Virus record (IMG/VR): IMGVR_UViG_3300032167_000028
Direction: 5' to 3' (one strand)
Source of the DNA: a virus
Lineage: Duplodnaviria; Heunggongvirae; Uroviricota; Caudoviricetes
DNA length: 64,000 bases
The notes under the pieces were generated by a model. It was not told the DNA's origin. It was given only the letters and a program-made list of their open reading frames with translations, and did no database searches. This document shows, piece by piece, positions 34,972-45,346 of this stretch. Both the position numbers and the translations under genes were made by a program. Position 1 is the first letter of the stretch. The number at the start of each line of letters is the position of its first letter.

Positions 34972-35919
34972 ATTTTTTTGGAAATATTGTTCAATTATTT
35001 GTTTAGCCAAAGCTTTCATAACACATAAATCAATAGCATTACCTAGACAAAAGCCAACCTCTCTTGGTGTTAAAACTGAACAAATCTTTTCAGCTTCAGT
35101 TTTATTCCAACCCATTACCTTACACATTTCAATAGGTGAAAGTTTAAAAACACCTTCTGGACGAGCATATAAGCCACCACTAGAACCAGCTTTGCCGCCA
35201 CCTTGAGCGGTTAAAGTAACTCCCTGACCAAAGATGGAATAAATGCGATTACCTTGGCCGCCACGGTTATAGTCTGTAATTTTAATGGTGTTATTATAGT
35301 TTGGTTTTAACTCTTCATATAGAAATAGTTCACTATCTATACAATAGGTTTCGTCAATAGGTTCTAAGAAATCTTTAATAGTTAATTTCTTTGCTAAGGC
35401 TGGAGGAAAGATAAAATCAGGCATGTCTTTTAATACGGAAATCATAAAAACACGATCGCGAATTGTTCCGCCTCCATATGAGCACGCCTTGATTTTTTTC
35501 CAAAAAGATTTATAACCTAAATCTTCTAAAGCTAAAATCCATTCGTCAAATTGAGGTTTGAATTTGTCATTTAAAAGATTAGATACGTTTTCCATAACCA
35601 AAACCTTGGGACGAGAAGAACATTCTAATAAACGATATACTTCATAAAGTAAAGAAGAATGCTCTCCTGAAAAACCTTTTTGTTTTCCTGCGATAGATAA
35701 ATCAGTGCATGGAAAAGAATAAGTCCAAATATCGGCATAAGGTAGTTCAGTAATTTTGGTAATGTCACCAAAATTATGATAATTACCATTTAAAACTTTA
35801 TAAGCCTTTAAAGGGCGTGGATCAATTTCACTAATACCTATATTATTAACATCGGTATAACTAGAAAAGGCATAGTGCTGAGTGCCTATACCTGAGAAAA
35901 GTTCAATTAATTTAATCAT
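34957..35919 (-). CDS. DNA (cytosine-5)-methyltransferase
   Basis: ELFSGIG, DITKI, SFPCTDLS, MENV, R.RVF, GNAI. Confidence 0.93.
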   Translation of the reverse strand: MIKLIELFSGIGTQHYAFSSYTDVNNIGISEIDPRPLKAYKVLNGNYHNFGDITKITELPYADIWTYSFPCTDLSIAGKQKGFSGEHSSLLYEVYRLLECSSRPKVLVMENVSNLLNDKFKPQFDEWILALEDLGYKSFWKKIKACSYGGGTIRDRVFMISVLKDMPDFIFPPALAKKLTIKDFLEPIDETYCIDSELFLYEELKPNYNNTIKITDYNRGGQGNRIYSIFGQGVTLTAQGGGKAGSSGGLYARPEGVFKLSPIEMCKVMGWNKTEAEKICSVLTPREVGFCLGNAIDLCVMKALAKQIIEQYFQKNKEEA

Positions 35920-36584
35920 TTTTTCTCCTCTACACGAAAAATAAAGGTGGGAGTACAGGTTCCTGATAGAATCTTAATTTGGTTATTTTCTTCTACGGAA
36001 ATAACTTTCTGCTTTCCTCTAGTATTAAAACCATAAACTTTTTCTTTAAAAACATTAGGATTAGAAGCATAATACTTCTTACCATCATTAATGCATTCCC
36101 AATGCTTTGGAAGAAGTTTCACGGCCCATTCAGGAATATTACTTTCAGAACCGCTTTTCTTAAAACGATAAGTACATTTAAAAACATGATTATTAAAATA
36201 ATCTTCTAAAGACTGTTCGGTTACCTTTCCATGTTCTACAACAAGAAAAGCTTTAACTTTTTTAATATCTTTATAATAAGCTTTTACCCAAGCTTTGCAA
36301 ATTGGATGATCATTAAGATAAAAAGTTTCTTTAGGTTCAAGATCTCTTCCATAAATACCAAGAAAATATTCTTGTACATCATCGCTATATTTATATTTAT
36401 AAGCAGTCTTAGCAGTAAATTGTCCGCACTGAGCTTCTACACTTTTAACTTCGTAAATATCTCCATTACTTAATGTAATGTCTGGAGCATTACTAATTGA
36501 ACCTCCATGAAGAACAGCTTTAGAATCAAGATTCTTTTTTACCCACTCATAAGCGATTTTTTCATTAATCTTCCACTGCTTCAC
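35916..36584 (-). CDS. putative PD-(D/E)xK endonuclease (restriction-enzyme-like)
   Basis: PDI...YEVK motif; overlaps the methylase start. Confidence 0.55.
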   Translation of the reverse strand: MKQWKINEKIAYEWVKKNLDSKAVLHGGSISNAPDITLSNGDIYEVKSVEAQCGQFTAKTAYKYKYSDDVQEYFLGIYGRDLEPKETFYLNDHPICKAWVKAYYKDIKKVKAFLVVEHGKVTEQSLEDYFNNHVFKCTYRFKKSGSESNIPEWAVKLLPKHWECINDGKKYYASNPNVFKEKVYGFNTRGKQKVISVEENNQIKILSGTCTPTFIFRVEEKK

Positions 36585-37030
36585 TGCTCATACCTCTCTT
36601 CACAATATCCATTCTCTGTAGTATAACAAACTGTCTTGATTCCCAAATCCTTCAACGCGGCAGTACATGCTTTACAAGGACGTGCCATAGCCAAAGTACC
36701 TTCTTTGGTTTCACGATAAACATAGACAATTACTTTGCTAAAATCAATATCGAGATTGCGAATTTTAGAAACCACTTCCATCTCAGCATGAATTTTACTA
36801 GGATAGTAATGATTACTGTTCGTATCAAAACGATGACAATTATACTTATACTGCAAAGGATGGGTTTTATTCTTGTTATATCCCTTAGCAATTACCGTTC
36901 CTTTAAACACGGCTACTGCTCCAACCTTGGCCGCGGTTGCTCCGTGGTAATCAGATTTAAAAGAACAACGTTTCGCCTCATTAAAAAAGCACGATCGCAT
37001 TATGAATATTTTCCTTTCTCTTCTCGCCAA
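36581..37030 (-). CDS. zinc-dependent nucleoside/nucleotide deaminase
   Basis: IHAEM, ARPCKAC. Confidence 0.85.
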   Translation of the reverse strand: MARRERKIFIMRSCFFNEAKRCSFKSDYHGATAAKVGAVAVFKGTVIAKGYNKNKTHPLQYKYNCHRFDTNSNHYYPSKIHAEMEVVSKIRNLDIDFSKVIVYVYRETKEGTLAMARPCKACTAALKDLGIKTVCYTTENGYCEERYEQ

Positions 37031-37407
37031 TCTTCTACAAGATAATCAGGTAGATGAAACCAAAATTTTTCAAAGGTTTTATTATCTTCAATTACTAAAG
37101 CCCAGTGCCAATCGTGATGTGGATAAGGTGCTTTTCCTATTCCTATAAAATTATAACCAGAAAATCGAATATTGTCAAGTGTTTTGCCAAAAGATAAATC
37201 TATAAAACTATTATTCATTTCATGTTCATAAGTAGAAATTTCAGTAGAGGTAATTTCATCCTCTAAGGCCGCGATATCTTTATCAGTAACAAATCGCTTG
37301 AAGTTCTCTTTATGAACCTTTTCATAATCAATGAACTCCAATTTCTTCTCCTCTATAAAAACATCCTTCAGTTTCAGCAAAAAATTGATCAATTCGTGAA
37401 TGAGCAT
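37000..37407 (-). CDS. hypothetical protein (start uncertain)
   Basis: ORF track. Confidence 0.5.
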   Translation of the reverse strand: MLIHELINFLLKLKDVFIEEKKLEFIDYEKVHKENFKRFVTDKDIAALEDEITSTEISTYEHEMNNSFIDLSFGKTLDNIRFSGYNFIGIGKAPYPHHDWHWALVIEDNKTFEKFWFHLPDYLVEDWREEKGKYS

Positions 37408-37717
37408 TTGGACCCCATGCCACTACAATTCCACTTACATCGTGATGACGAGGATTGTGGAAGTAGTATTCTACTTCATAATCTTTATCCATTAGCATTC
37501 CGACGAAAGCAGCAAGATTAGCAAAATCTTCATCACTAGGATGAATTTTTACACCAAAATCAGACCAAGGTAGCAGACAGAAATCACGACCTTTCTTAGT
37601 GGCTTTTCGCACTTCTTCATTAAAAGCCTCAACATAATTATTCATAGCTTCCTGCATCACCTCATTACGAGACATCTCAGTGAAATAATATGCGTCATTA
37701 CTATTGATAATTTCCAT
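37328..37717 (-). CDS. hypothetical protein
   Basis: GAGG RBS. Confidence 0.55.
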   Translation of the reverse strand: MEIINSNDAYYFTEMSRNEVMQEAMNNYVEAFNEEVRKATKKGRDFCLLPWSDFGVKIHPSDEDFANLAAFVGMLMDKDYEVEYYFHNPRHHDVSGIVVAWGPNAHSRIDQFFAETEGCFYRGEEIGVH

Positions 37718-38464
37718 TTATACCTCTCTACATCTGGTCAGAACAGTAGTCTCTGCTCCATCAATTTTAATGTGTTCTTTAATAGTGCCTTTCAAATGAT
37801 AAATTTCGTCAACCTCTAATTTTCTCGCGGCAGTTTTCCAAGAATAGCGATTGCTATCAGCATCTTCAAAAATATGAAGAGTTTCTTCTCCATAGAAGCC
37901 TTTAATAGTTTTAGTAGAAAGTACAAAGAGATGAAGATCAACCTTATCTCCGACTTCACCAACATAGTGAGACTTTACTTTACCATAAAGTTTTTCTCCA
38001 ACATATGCTCGAATATCGTCATAATTGTTGATTACGTTATTAGTACTAATCTCTTCCCATTTTAAACAAACCGGAATAATGTTAGTGGGAAGAGAAGTAG
38101 GTATTGCAGTTTCAGCTCCAATAAACCAGCCAAACAAAGTATTAAACCTACCATAATGCTTAGGTAAAGCATTAAAGAAATAATTCTCAATATCTTCAGC
38201 ATTTCCTTTAAAAATAGTGATAAAACCTTTTTCTCCAAACAAGAACGCGGCACGAGCGTTAAAACCATTAGTTGTTGCAGAAGAATTTTTTACTTCTCCA
38301 TACCAACGAACTTCTTTAGCATAACCACCAGTACCGCCGCATTTAGCACAACTTTTTCTTTTACAGCAGGGATACTGAATATGAACATAGGGCCGCCCAT
38401 CTTTTTTGTATGGTTCATCGAGAAGTTCATACTTTTCATAAGACTTAGCAACAGACATCTTCAT
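37718..38464 (-). CDS. hypothetical protein with C-terminal OB-fold-like region
   Basis: YVGEVGDK...LKGTIKEH...T.LTRC; first gene after a promoter. Confidence 0.6.
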   Translation of the reverse strand: MKMSVAKSYEKYELLDEPYKKDGRPYVHIQYPCCKRKSCAKCGGTGGYAKEVRWYGEVKNSSATTNGFNARAAFLFGEKGFITIFKGNAEDIENYFFNALPKHYGRFNTLFGWFIGAETAIPTSLPTNIIPVCLKWEEISTNNVINNYDDIRAYVGEKLYGKVKSHYVGEVGDKVDLHLFVLSTKTIKGFYGEETLHIFEDADSNRYSWKTAARKLEVDEIYHLKGTIKEHIKIDGAETTVLTRCREV

Positions 38465-38484
38465 TCCCCTTTCATTATATTAAT

Positions 38485-38513
38485 ATTATATCATTATTTT
38501 TTATTTTTGTCAA
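38485..38513 (-). promoter_or_regulatory. sigma70-type promoter
   Basis: TTGACA-17-TATAAT. Confidence 0.85.
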
Positions 38514-38533
38514 AAATAAAAGACGAGTGAAAA

Positions 38534-38851
38534 TCACTCGTCTACTTTTATTGTGAAAAGGGTAATTGATTCATCTATCTCACGAGGGGTGAAAATAAAT
38601 TCCATATGGGTATCAGATAGGAAAGGATGGCTTTCTGTATTATGATCTGTTTCAATAAAAGGCAAACCAAAAAAGGTAAGTGTTGCTGTTTTTCCATTTT
38701 CCAATTCTACTGGAATACTGTACCAATTTTTCCGTCCAAGTTTAAATACACCACCGGTAAAGACTTGATGGTTTTCTCCACAGATTAAACAGTCTCCCGT
38801 ATCGGGATCGCAAAAAGCATTACAAACTGGACAAGTATTAATTTCCTTCAT
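38534..38851 (-). CDS. zinc-ribbon hypothetical protein
   Basis: CPVC..C..CG. Confidence 0.5.
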   Translation of the reverse strand: MKEINTCPVCNAFCDPDTGDCLICGENHQVFTGGVFKLGRKNWYSIPVELENGKTATLTFFGLPFIETDHNTESHPFLSDTHMEFIFTPREIDESITLFTIKVDE

Positions 38852-39155
38852 TTGATTTCACCTTAAATACATACAGTCCTTCTTCTTCTCTTGCTGAAAA
38901 TAGTTCATATTTTGAAACAACTTCCACAAAAGGAGCATCTGTAACTTGGGCAAGAACATAAGTAGTAGGAGTATTTGACATTGGAATTACGATACTTGCA
39001 AAGATCGTTGCAAGCACAAATGGGAGATAATCCCATTCTCGTGTAGAAACAAAAGTAAAGAAAAGTATAACAGTTATGACCACTAATAGACCATAAACAA
39101 ATTTTTTACCCGGTTCATCCATTGGATACGTCACCCAAGTATCAATAATATTCAT
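38838..39155 (-). CDS. membrane hypothetical protein
   Basis: Two hydrophobic segments. Confidence 0.55.
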   Translation of the reverse strand: MNIIDTWVTYPMDEPGKKFVYGLLVVITVILFFTFVSTREWDYLPFVLATIFASIVIPMSNTPTTYVLAQVTDAPFVEVVSKYELFSAREEEGLYVFKVKSNEGN

Positions 39156-39446
39156 TTAATCCTCCGTCTGTGAAAAACCAATACACTCAGCCTGAAGAAG
39201 AAGGCTTGTAAAGTCAGCCATTTCATCTACAACAACCTTCCTCTTACCAAAACCAAATCCCATCATAAGAAGATTGGCAGCATAATTATAGTCATAAATT
39301 TCAAGACCAAGAATCTCATAAGCAAGTGCCTTACGCTGCATCGCGGCCGCACTTTGACAAATTACAATTGCATTCTCCTTCTTAGCATATTCAAGAAGCT
39401 TACGGGTCTTACCGGTACCAGAAGTTCCATTAATACAATTTACCAT
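39156..39446 (-). CDS. small P-loop protein
   Basis: GTSGTGKT, VVVDE. Confidence 0.6.
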   Translation of the reverse strand: MVNCINGTSGTGKTRKLLEYAKKENAIVICQSAAAMQRKALAYEILGLEIYDYNYAANLLMMGFGFGKRKVVVDEMADFTSLLLQAECIGFSQTED

Positions 39447-39683
39447 AATTATTCTCCTTAATTTAAAATAGTTGGTTTGGCATATTGAAGAGAATTATCT
39501 TCATTTGATTTTATTTCGATTGTAGGAATTTTATTAATTACTTTTCTAAAATAATTAAGCTGATTTTTTTGCATCTCAGCAATTTTAGCATACTGTTCTG
39601 CACCTTCAGGACATTTTTCAGTACACTCTTGTTGTGTTTCATCCAAGATTTTCTCATATTCATCAAAAATCAGAAGTAAAACA

Positions 39684-40133
39684 TCACCGTCGATGGGACG
39701 CACGCCAATCCCTCCCAATTTCACAATAATCAACGTCACCATTACAATGGCACTCTTCTTCTTTAGACCGATGACTACATATAGAAGTGCCAAGTTTTTT
39801 ACTGAAATATTCACAAGGTTCATGGGTAATAATACCATTCATTGGTTTACCACAGCAAGAACAAAATCTGTCAAGTTCTGAAAAACTAGGATCTGCTTCA
39901 CACTCTGAACACTTATAGCTTTTCTCCCACATAGTATCAGCGGACGAGGCTCGTCCATAAGAAATCCAATGTGCCCAGGTAGATTGAATATCTTCAATAA
40001 AACGACAAGCATCATTCCAGATATCACGTTCTAATGTACCATAAGGAAATGTATTAGCCATACGTCTTAGCTTTTCTAAAATTTCTTGCTTACGCAAGTA
40101 TCCATCAAACATCACATTCGTGTTGTTTTCCAT
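39684..40133 (-). CDS. hypothetical protein with zinc ribbons (start MENNTN approximate)
   Basis: CSEC...CSCCGKPM; GAGG RBS. Confidence 0.55.
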   Translation of the reverse strand: MENNTNVMFDGYLRKQEILEKLRRMANTFPYGTLERDIWNDACRFIEDIQSTWAHWISYGRASSADTMWEKSYKCSECEADPSFSELDRFCSCCGKPMNGIITHEPCEYFSKKLGTSICSHRSKEEECHCNGDVDYCEIGRDWRASHRR

Positions 40134-40704
40134 CTTCATACCTCTTTTTATAATCAAGAACAAAGCCTTCTGCATTAGGCCAACTCTGCTGCCAAATCTC
40201 TTCCACACTAACCGGCCGCAGTTCATTAGTGTCTACTCCTACATGGAAAGTACCATCTACATATCCCTTAGGAGCGTTAGAATGAATATGGCCATAAAGC
40301 ATAATTACTTCTGAATTATCTTTTCTTACCATTTCCATAAACTCTTCAGAAGCAATAGGAAAGTGACACATGACAAAATAACGTCCCTTATAAGGAAGGT
40401 AACAAATATCTTTAATTTCAATACCATGCTTTTCATAAATCTTTCGCCGCTTGCTTCCATCATGATTTCCTCGAATAAGGATAATATGTCCCTTTAGACG
40501 TTCAAGGATAGCAGGAATGTCAGTATCCTTTCCCATACAAAGATCTCCAAGAACATATACAGTATCTTCTTCATCTACATGACGATTCCAGTTTTCAATA
40601 AGAACCTCATTCATTTCTTCCACTGTTTCAAATGGACGTGAGATAGGTTCGTATTTAAGAATATTAGTGTGATTAAAGTGAAGATCACTTGTAAACCAAA
40701 TCAT
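40105..40704 (-). CDS. calcineurin-like metallophosphoesterase
   Basis: SDLHFNH, LGD, GNHD, HFP, GHIH. Confidence 0.9.
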   Translation of the reverse strand: MIWFTSDLHFNHTNILKYEPISRPFETVEEMNEVLIENWNRHVDEEDTVYVLGDLCMGKDTDIPAILERLKGHIILIRGNHDGSKRRKIYEKHGIEIKDICYLPYKGRYFVMCHFPIASEEFMEMVRKDNSEVIMLYGHIHSNAPKGYVDGTFHVGVDTNELRPVSVEEIWQQSWPNAEGFVLDYKKRYEDGKQHECDV

Positions 40705-40814
40705 GTTTTTCTTCCCACTCCTTCATTGCATCTAAATAAAAGAATTGTTCTTCAAAAAGTTCTTCATTGAGTATTTCTTTTGCTATCTCATTATCTTCAA
40801 AATAATTATTCATT

Positions 40815-41312
40815 TTAATCCCGTACAATATAGGTCGCTACATGATTCTTATATTCAATCGCTGGCAGTTCATGCTGACGATTCATACGCTTCATAGCAT
40901 CCATAGGAACATATTCACGACCGGTTCGAGTATTATTACGAGCTACACAAGTTTCAAAAGGAACATGGAAATAAACAATAACAATGTCTACTTCTTTTTC
41001 AAAGTCAGGCCAACGCTGCTGAATAGCCATGACCAGCTTTGCACGAGAAATAGCATTTACCTGAGTAGCGTCAGCAATGGTAGCGGTATTCATAAGATTA
41101 AGAAGAGAAAGAATAATATCCTCTACGTAACGATTAAAAACCTTATCCTCCTGAGAGAAATAACCATTCTCTTCCTTCACCATAGAAAAACGAATCTTAT
41201 CACGCGAAACAATTTCAATAGAGCTATCATTTTCTACCATTTTGCGTGCCCAAGTAGACTTTCCGCAGCCAGGTACTCCAGAAAGAATATAAAGCTTTTT
41301 CTTATTCTTCAT
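40815..41312 (-). CDS. polynucleotide-kinase-like P-loop kinase (AAA_33)
   Basis: GVPGCGKST, SRDKIR, DAT, RN..R.GR..VP. Confidence 0.85.
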   Translation of the reverse strand: MKNKKKLYILSGVPGCGKSTWARKMVENDSSIEIVSRDKIRFSMVKEENGYFSQEDKVFNRYVEDIILSLLNLMNTATIADATQVNAISRAKLVMAIQQRWPDFEKEVDIVIVYFHVPFETCVARNNTRTGREYVPMDAMKRMNRQHELPAIEYKNHVATYIVRD

Positions 41313-41631
41313 TGTTGTTCCTTTCTTCTTTATATTTATCTTTTATTTGTCGTAATGACATATGTTTAATACTACTTTCCAAAATATATTCATTAGTAGT
41401 TTTACGTTTCCAACCATACCATGCTCGATTTCCAACGCTTGCTACATTGTGAAGATAACGTTCAAAACCAATGGAAGAGAGATAGTTAATTTTCGCTGAC
41501 CATTTTAAACTTTCATAAATAATCATTCCTATGAATGAAAGAATGAGTAATGTCAAGATTCCTAAACCAATGAAGAAACAGACAACTTTAATTTTATAAT
41601 ATAATTCAATCATATCTGAAGCTCCATACAT
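41302..41631 (-). CDS. membrane hypothetical protein
   Basis: N-terminal TM. Confidence 0.5.
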   Translation of the reverse strand: MYGASDMIELYYKIKVVCFFIGLGILTLLILSFIGMIIYESLKWSAKINYLSSIGFERYLHNVASVGNRAWYGWKRKTTNEYILESSIKHMSLRQIKDKYKEERNNNEE

Positions 41632-41911
41632 ACTCTACAAATGGCTTCCAGTTCATTCTTATCTGTTCGTAAATATCAAACTTTACACCATTAATTCGAT
41701 CTACTCCACACCAAGGAAAAACAACGATTTCATGTTCGGCTTTGCACCAGAAATAATACATTAAAGTATCGCTAAGCTGTTTCTCAAAATCATTTCGATC
41801 GGAAATCTTTAAAATCTCTTCGAGGTCTTGACGAAATCGGCCATGATTGAAAATATTGTAATCTTTTACAGTTTGATAATTGCTATCATATTTAAATACA
41901 TACCATTCCAT
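41606..41911 (-). CDS. hypothetical protein
   Basis: ORF track, tightly packed. Confidence 0.6.
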   Translation of the reverse strand: MEWYVFKYDSNYQTVKDYNIFNHGRFRQDLEEILKISDRNDFEKQLSDTLMYYFWCKAEHEIVVFPWCGVDRINGVKFDIYEQIRMNWKPFVEYVWSFRYD

Positions 41912-42114
41912 TAACCGTTCTCCTTTAATTTATAAGCTTCAAGAGCGGCAAGTTTTGCTCTTAGCATAGTAGGATCAGGTTCAAGATCTTCATATCTAGC
42001 AAGTTTGTCACAAACTTTACAAATCCATTCATCAAAATCTTGTCGTGTAAAATTACGAGGAATTGCGGGACAAACCTCTCCATCATTGCGACGCCAAGTA
42101 AGTCTCTTAGCCAA
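41911..42114 (-). CDS. hypothetical protein
   Basis: RLT...KLARYED pattern common in phages. Confidence 0.6.
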   Translation of the reverse strand: MAKRLTWRRNDGEVCPAIPRNFTRQDFDEWICKVCDKLARYEDLEPDPTMLRAKLAALEAYKLKENG

Positions 42115-42991
42115 TAAACTCTACCTCCCTCTTTTCCCACTTACATTGCATAAAACAAGAACCTGAAGCAATTGCATTATTCAGCTTCTTTTCTATTTCC
42201 TTAACATCAGAAGACTTCTTAATACTGCGGCCCTGAGTAATATATCTAATAGCCCACATTACCATAGTATCAAAAGTATCGAAATACTTTACCTTACCAG
42301 CACAAGACCACTTATACTGCCAATTTGTCTCTTTTGTAGCACCGGTATCAGCGTCCATCTTATTTGCCGGCCAATTAATAAATACCTCTGGAGCACGGCT
42401 ACTACTGGTCTTAGGCTTCTTAAATCTGGTACTCGGCATTGCCGCGAGTCGCTCAGAATCCTCAGGAGTACAATGATTGCAAAGTTCTTTCATTACAACA
42501 CAAAGCATTTCAGCATCTTCCAGAGCATTGTGATGCTGAGGCTCATTATCCTCTTTAATAAGAGAATAGATTTTCTTTAGAGCAAGTGTTTCAAAGGAGG
42601 GAAAATAAGATTGTGCAGTAGAGGAGTAATCTGTAAGATTACAACGAACATAATCACAGAACATTCGGGCATCGAAAGAAGTGAGATACTTTCCAGTTGC
42701 ACGAAGAAAGTCTCCATCAGAATTACCATAACAATAAAACTGAGGAAGTGCTTCGCCGCAAGTGCTTTTTACATACTGATAAAAATTTTCAAAAGCCTCG
42801 TTAGCGGTAGGAGCATTACTAAGCATTTCGCTAGTAATACCAGTAAGATCAGTAATAAAATTCGTAAGTCTTTCTCCCCGCTTAGAGGGCTGAGACAAAG
42901 TGTAAAACTTGTCTCCATTATCATTAATACAACCGATACTAATGATGCGGCCCGAGAACTGAAGAGCTTCAAAATCAACATAGAAATTCAT
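42107..42991 (-). CDS. DEDDh 3'-5' exonuclease
   Basis: VDFEA, ISIG, LTGI, HNALEDA. Confidence 0.85.
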   Translation of the reverse strand: MNFYVDFEALQFSGRIISIGCINDNGDKFYTLSQPSKRGERLTNFITDLTGITSEMLSNAPTANEAFENFYQYVKSTCGEALPQFYCYGNSDGDFLRATGKYLTSFDARMFCDYVRCNLTDYSSTAQSYFPSFETLALKKIYSLIKEDNEPQHHNALEDAEMLCVVMKELCNHCTPEDSERLAAMPSTRFKKPKTSSSRAPEVFINWPANKMDADTGATKETNWQYKWSCAGKVKYFDTFDTMVMWAIRYITQGRSIKKSSDVKEIEKKLNNAIASGSCFMQCKWEKREVEFIG

Positions 42992-43025
42992 ATTTGTATC
43001 TCACTTTCTTTCACTTTATGTATAT

Positions 43026-43054
43026 ATTATAACATTGATTTTCAGAAATGTCAA
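43026..43054 (-). promoter_or_regulatory. sigma70-type promoter
   Basis: TTGACA-17-TATAAT. Confidence 0.8.
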
Positions 43055-43070
43055 AAATTGAGGTAGATGA

Positions 43071-43838
43071 TTACTCTTCTACCTCACTTAAATTTAATTC
43101 AATAATATCGTGATAAAAGATACGACTGTCCCCATGCCAACTATGTTTGCCATTATTACCTAAAATACGATCGGTATGATAATGTCCAAAATACCAATGT
43201 TTATAACTAATATTGGTTAAAACATCATCCAACCAATACTCCATAGATGTATTTACCTTACTTTGGTCGACATAGGATAAAAACAAATCAATTGGCCGCC
43301 AATTATATGGACAAGTATGGGTGAGAACATAATCAAAATGACGATCATAAACCCAGTCAAGAATTTCTAATCTTTGTTCATCTGAAATCTGTTCGTTCTC
43401 ATACCAAGTCCAATGACGAGAAAGACGATACTCTTTATCGACACTATATGCTCCGCCAATGGTTAAAAAAGAATGGTTTTGAATTTTATATTCTTTACCA
43501 TCTTGAAAATACCAAATATTTGGATAATTTGGATCATGCCACATTGGTGGATTAGACCATTCTAAAAGTGGGCATTGCGTTAAAGATACATCGCCGCCTT
43601 CATCGTATGGACGGTCGTGATTGCCACGAAGCACAAAGAAAGTAATATTATATTTATTAGTAGCACTTTTACGGGCGATTTCACGAGAATTTTTTATTCC
43701 TTCAAAACGAAATGCGGAATCACCAAGAAGAATCATTACATCATTTTTTGTAGTTTCATTGGCTTCACAAAAATGAGGTACCCAATCAGTATCTCCATGT
43801 ATATCACCCGTAATAAAAATACGACTAGTTCTATCCAT
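43071..43838 (-). CDS. calcineurin-like metallophosphoesterase
   Basis: TGDIHG, LGD, RGNHD, GGAYSVD, THTCP, GHYH; start taken at MDRTSR. Confidence 0.88.
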   Translation of the reverse strand: MDRTSRIFITGDIHGDTDWVPHFCEANETTKNDVMILLGDSAFRFEGIKNSREIARKSATNKYNITFFVLRGNHDRPYDEGGDVSLTQCPLLEWSNPPMWHDPNYPNIWYFQDGKEYKIQNHSFLTIGGAYSVDKEYRLSRHWTWYENEQISDEQRLEILDWVYDRHFDYVLTHTCPYNWRPIDLFLSYVDQSKVNTSMEYWLDDVLTNISYKHWYFGHYHTDRILGNNGKHSWHGDSRIFYHDIIELNLSEVEE

Positions 43839-44172
43839 ATTATCACCTAAATAAACTATTATAAAGATAATAAGTAGGTGCAAGATATAATACCCAATAT
43901 CGCCAATCTTTCATTGAATACATACGTTCTACTACTTCTGAAATTAAACAACATGAAGCAAAGAAAAATATAACTCTACCTGTCATCCTAATAATAGTTC
44001 TCCTTCTGGTACTTCTTGATCTATAAAAATACGATATTTTAAAAACTTCGCAGGACGATAGTTTAACTTATCAATCATTGACTCTAAGAAAAAATAAGTT
44101 TTCGCCCCACAATAGATATGATGTTTAAGGTTCTAAAGACCCCATGCTTGAGTAAGACGGTATTCAATATCT

Positions 44173-44469
44173 TTAAGTTGATTTTCGAGCGTATCTGTCA
44201 AGGATATTTTTATAACAATAGGATTCATGTTTCGGTTTCTCCGTACAAATCATACTAAGAATACGTTCCTTATAAATTAAATCAATACCGCCGCATTCTG
44301 ACATAAACATAAACATATCATGGCATTCAGCGATTAACTTACTGTTAAGAGTAACAATGGGCGTGCGATCAGTAACAGGATCTCTATGTGCTCCACGAAA
44401 TTCTATATTATAATGCTTCCCAAAAGCTGACTTTGGCAATCCATCAAAGAAAACTTTTTCATTATACAT
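44173..44469 (-). CDS. hypothetical protein
   Basis: ORF track. Confidence 0.5.
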   Translation of the reverse strand: MYNEKVFFDGLPKSAFGKHYNIEFRGAHRDPVTDRTPIVTLNSKLIAECHDMFMFMSECGGIDLIYKERILSMICTEKPKHESYCYKNILDRYARKST

Positions 44470-45346
44470 GCGGCATTACCTCTTCAATATAACTACGTTC
44501 TTGACTAAAAATTGGAATATTTTGATCAATAGTCCATTTTTTACGCATAACTTCGGTAAATTCAGGCTCTCTATTAAAATCATAATTAAAATTTACGTTT
44601 ACAAGAACCTTAGTATCTTTTTTAACAATACAAGATCCACGCTTGTATGAAATAGGATAATTATTCCAATTAATATCCTTTTCAGTTAATAGTTTGTTCT
44701 GAAGCTCATTACAATTTAAACCCTGAAGCTCATTATGAGAAAATACACTCTGAGCTACCATCTGAATAGAATTGCGAGTGGCATCTTGCTGACGCCAGAT
44801 AAAATAATTCACTACTTCATCTTCTGGCAGTACAAAAGCACGAGCATCAAAAAGTGCACCATTTCGGCTGGCTTTATCATAGGCATGAAAAAGTCGATTC
44901 TGCAATTCTCGCTTTTCTTCTTTTTCATATGGTTCGTCAAACATAGCCCATGCTTCATAATCCATATCATATTCATCTACTAAATTATTCCATTCACGAT
45001 TAAAAGCAAGCGTCGCCATGGATGCGGTAATACTGGCAAGTTTTTGTAGATTGTTACCAAACCAAGGTTCGGTTTCAATAGTATCATTATTGGTTAGTAG
45101 AATAGAAATTTCATCACTTTGCACATAAGCTAGCTTAGCTCCTTCAATTTGACTACAAAGTCTCATGGCTGTAGTTTGCATACAGGAAATAAGCATGTCA
45201 TCAAAAGGACGCTTAAATCCCTTAGTAAAACTATGGAAAGCCTTACCATCTACACGAATAATTACAGGCATACGCTTTGGAAGGTACATACGATAACTAT
45301 TTTCGTATCCCTTCATGCGATCGCCAAGAGAATCACGGTTTGGCAT
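44462..45346 (-). CDS. thg1: tRNA(His) guanylyltransferase Thg1-like protein
   Basis: RVDGKAFH, YVQSDEIS, FDARAF, YFIWRQQDA.RNS, KRG. Confidence 0.92.
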   Translation of the reverse strand: MPNRDSLGDRMKGYENSYRMYLPKRMPVIIRVDGKAFHSFTKGFKRPFDDMLISCMQTTAMRLCSQIEGAKLAYVQSDEISILLTNNDTIETEPWFGNNLQKLASITASMATLAFNREWNNLVDEYDMDYEAWAMFDEPYEKEEKRELQNRLFHAYDKASRNGALFDARAFVLPEDEVVNYFIWRQQDATRNSIQMVAQSVFSHNELQGLNCNELQNKLLTEKDINWNNYPISYKRGSCIVKKDTKVLVNVNFNYDFNREPEFTEVMRKKWTIDQNIPIFSQERSYIEEVMPHV

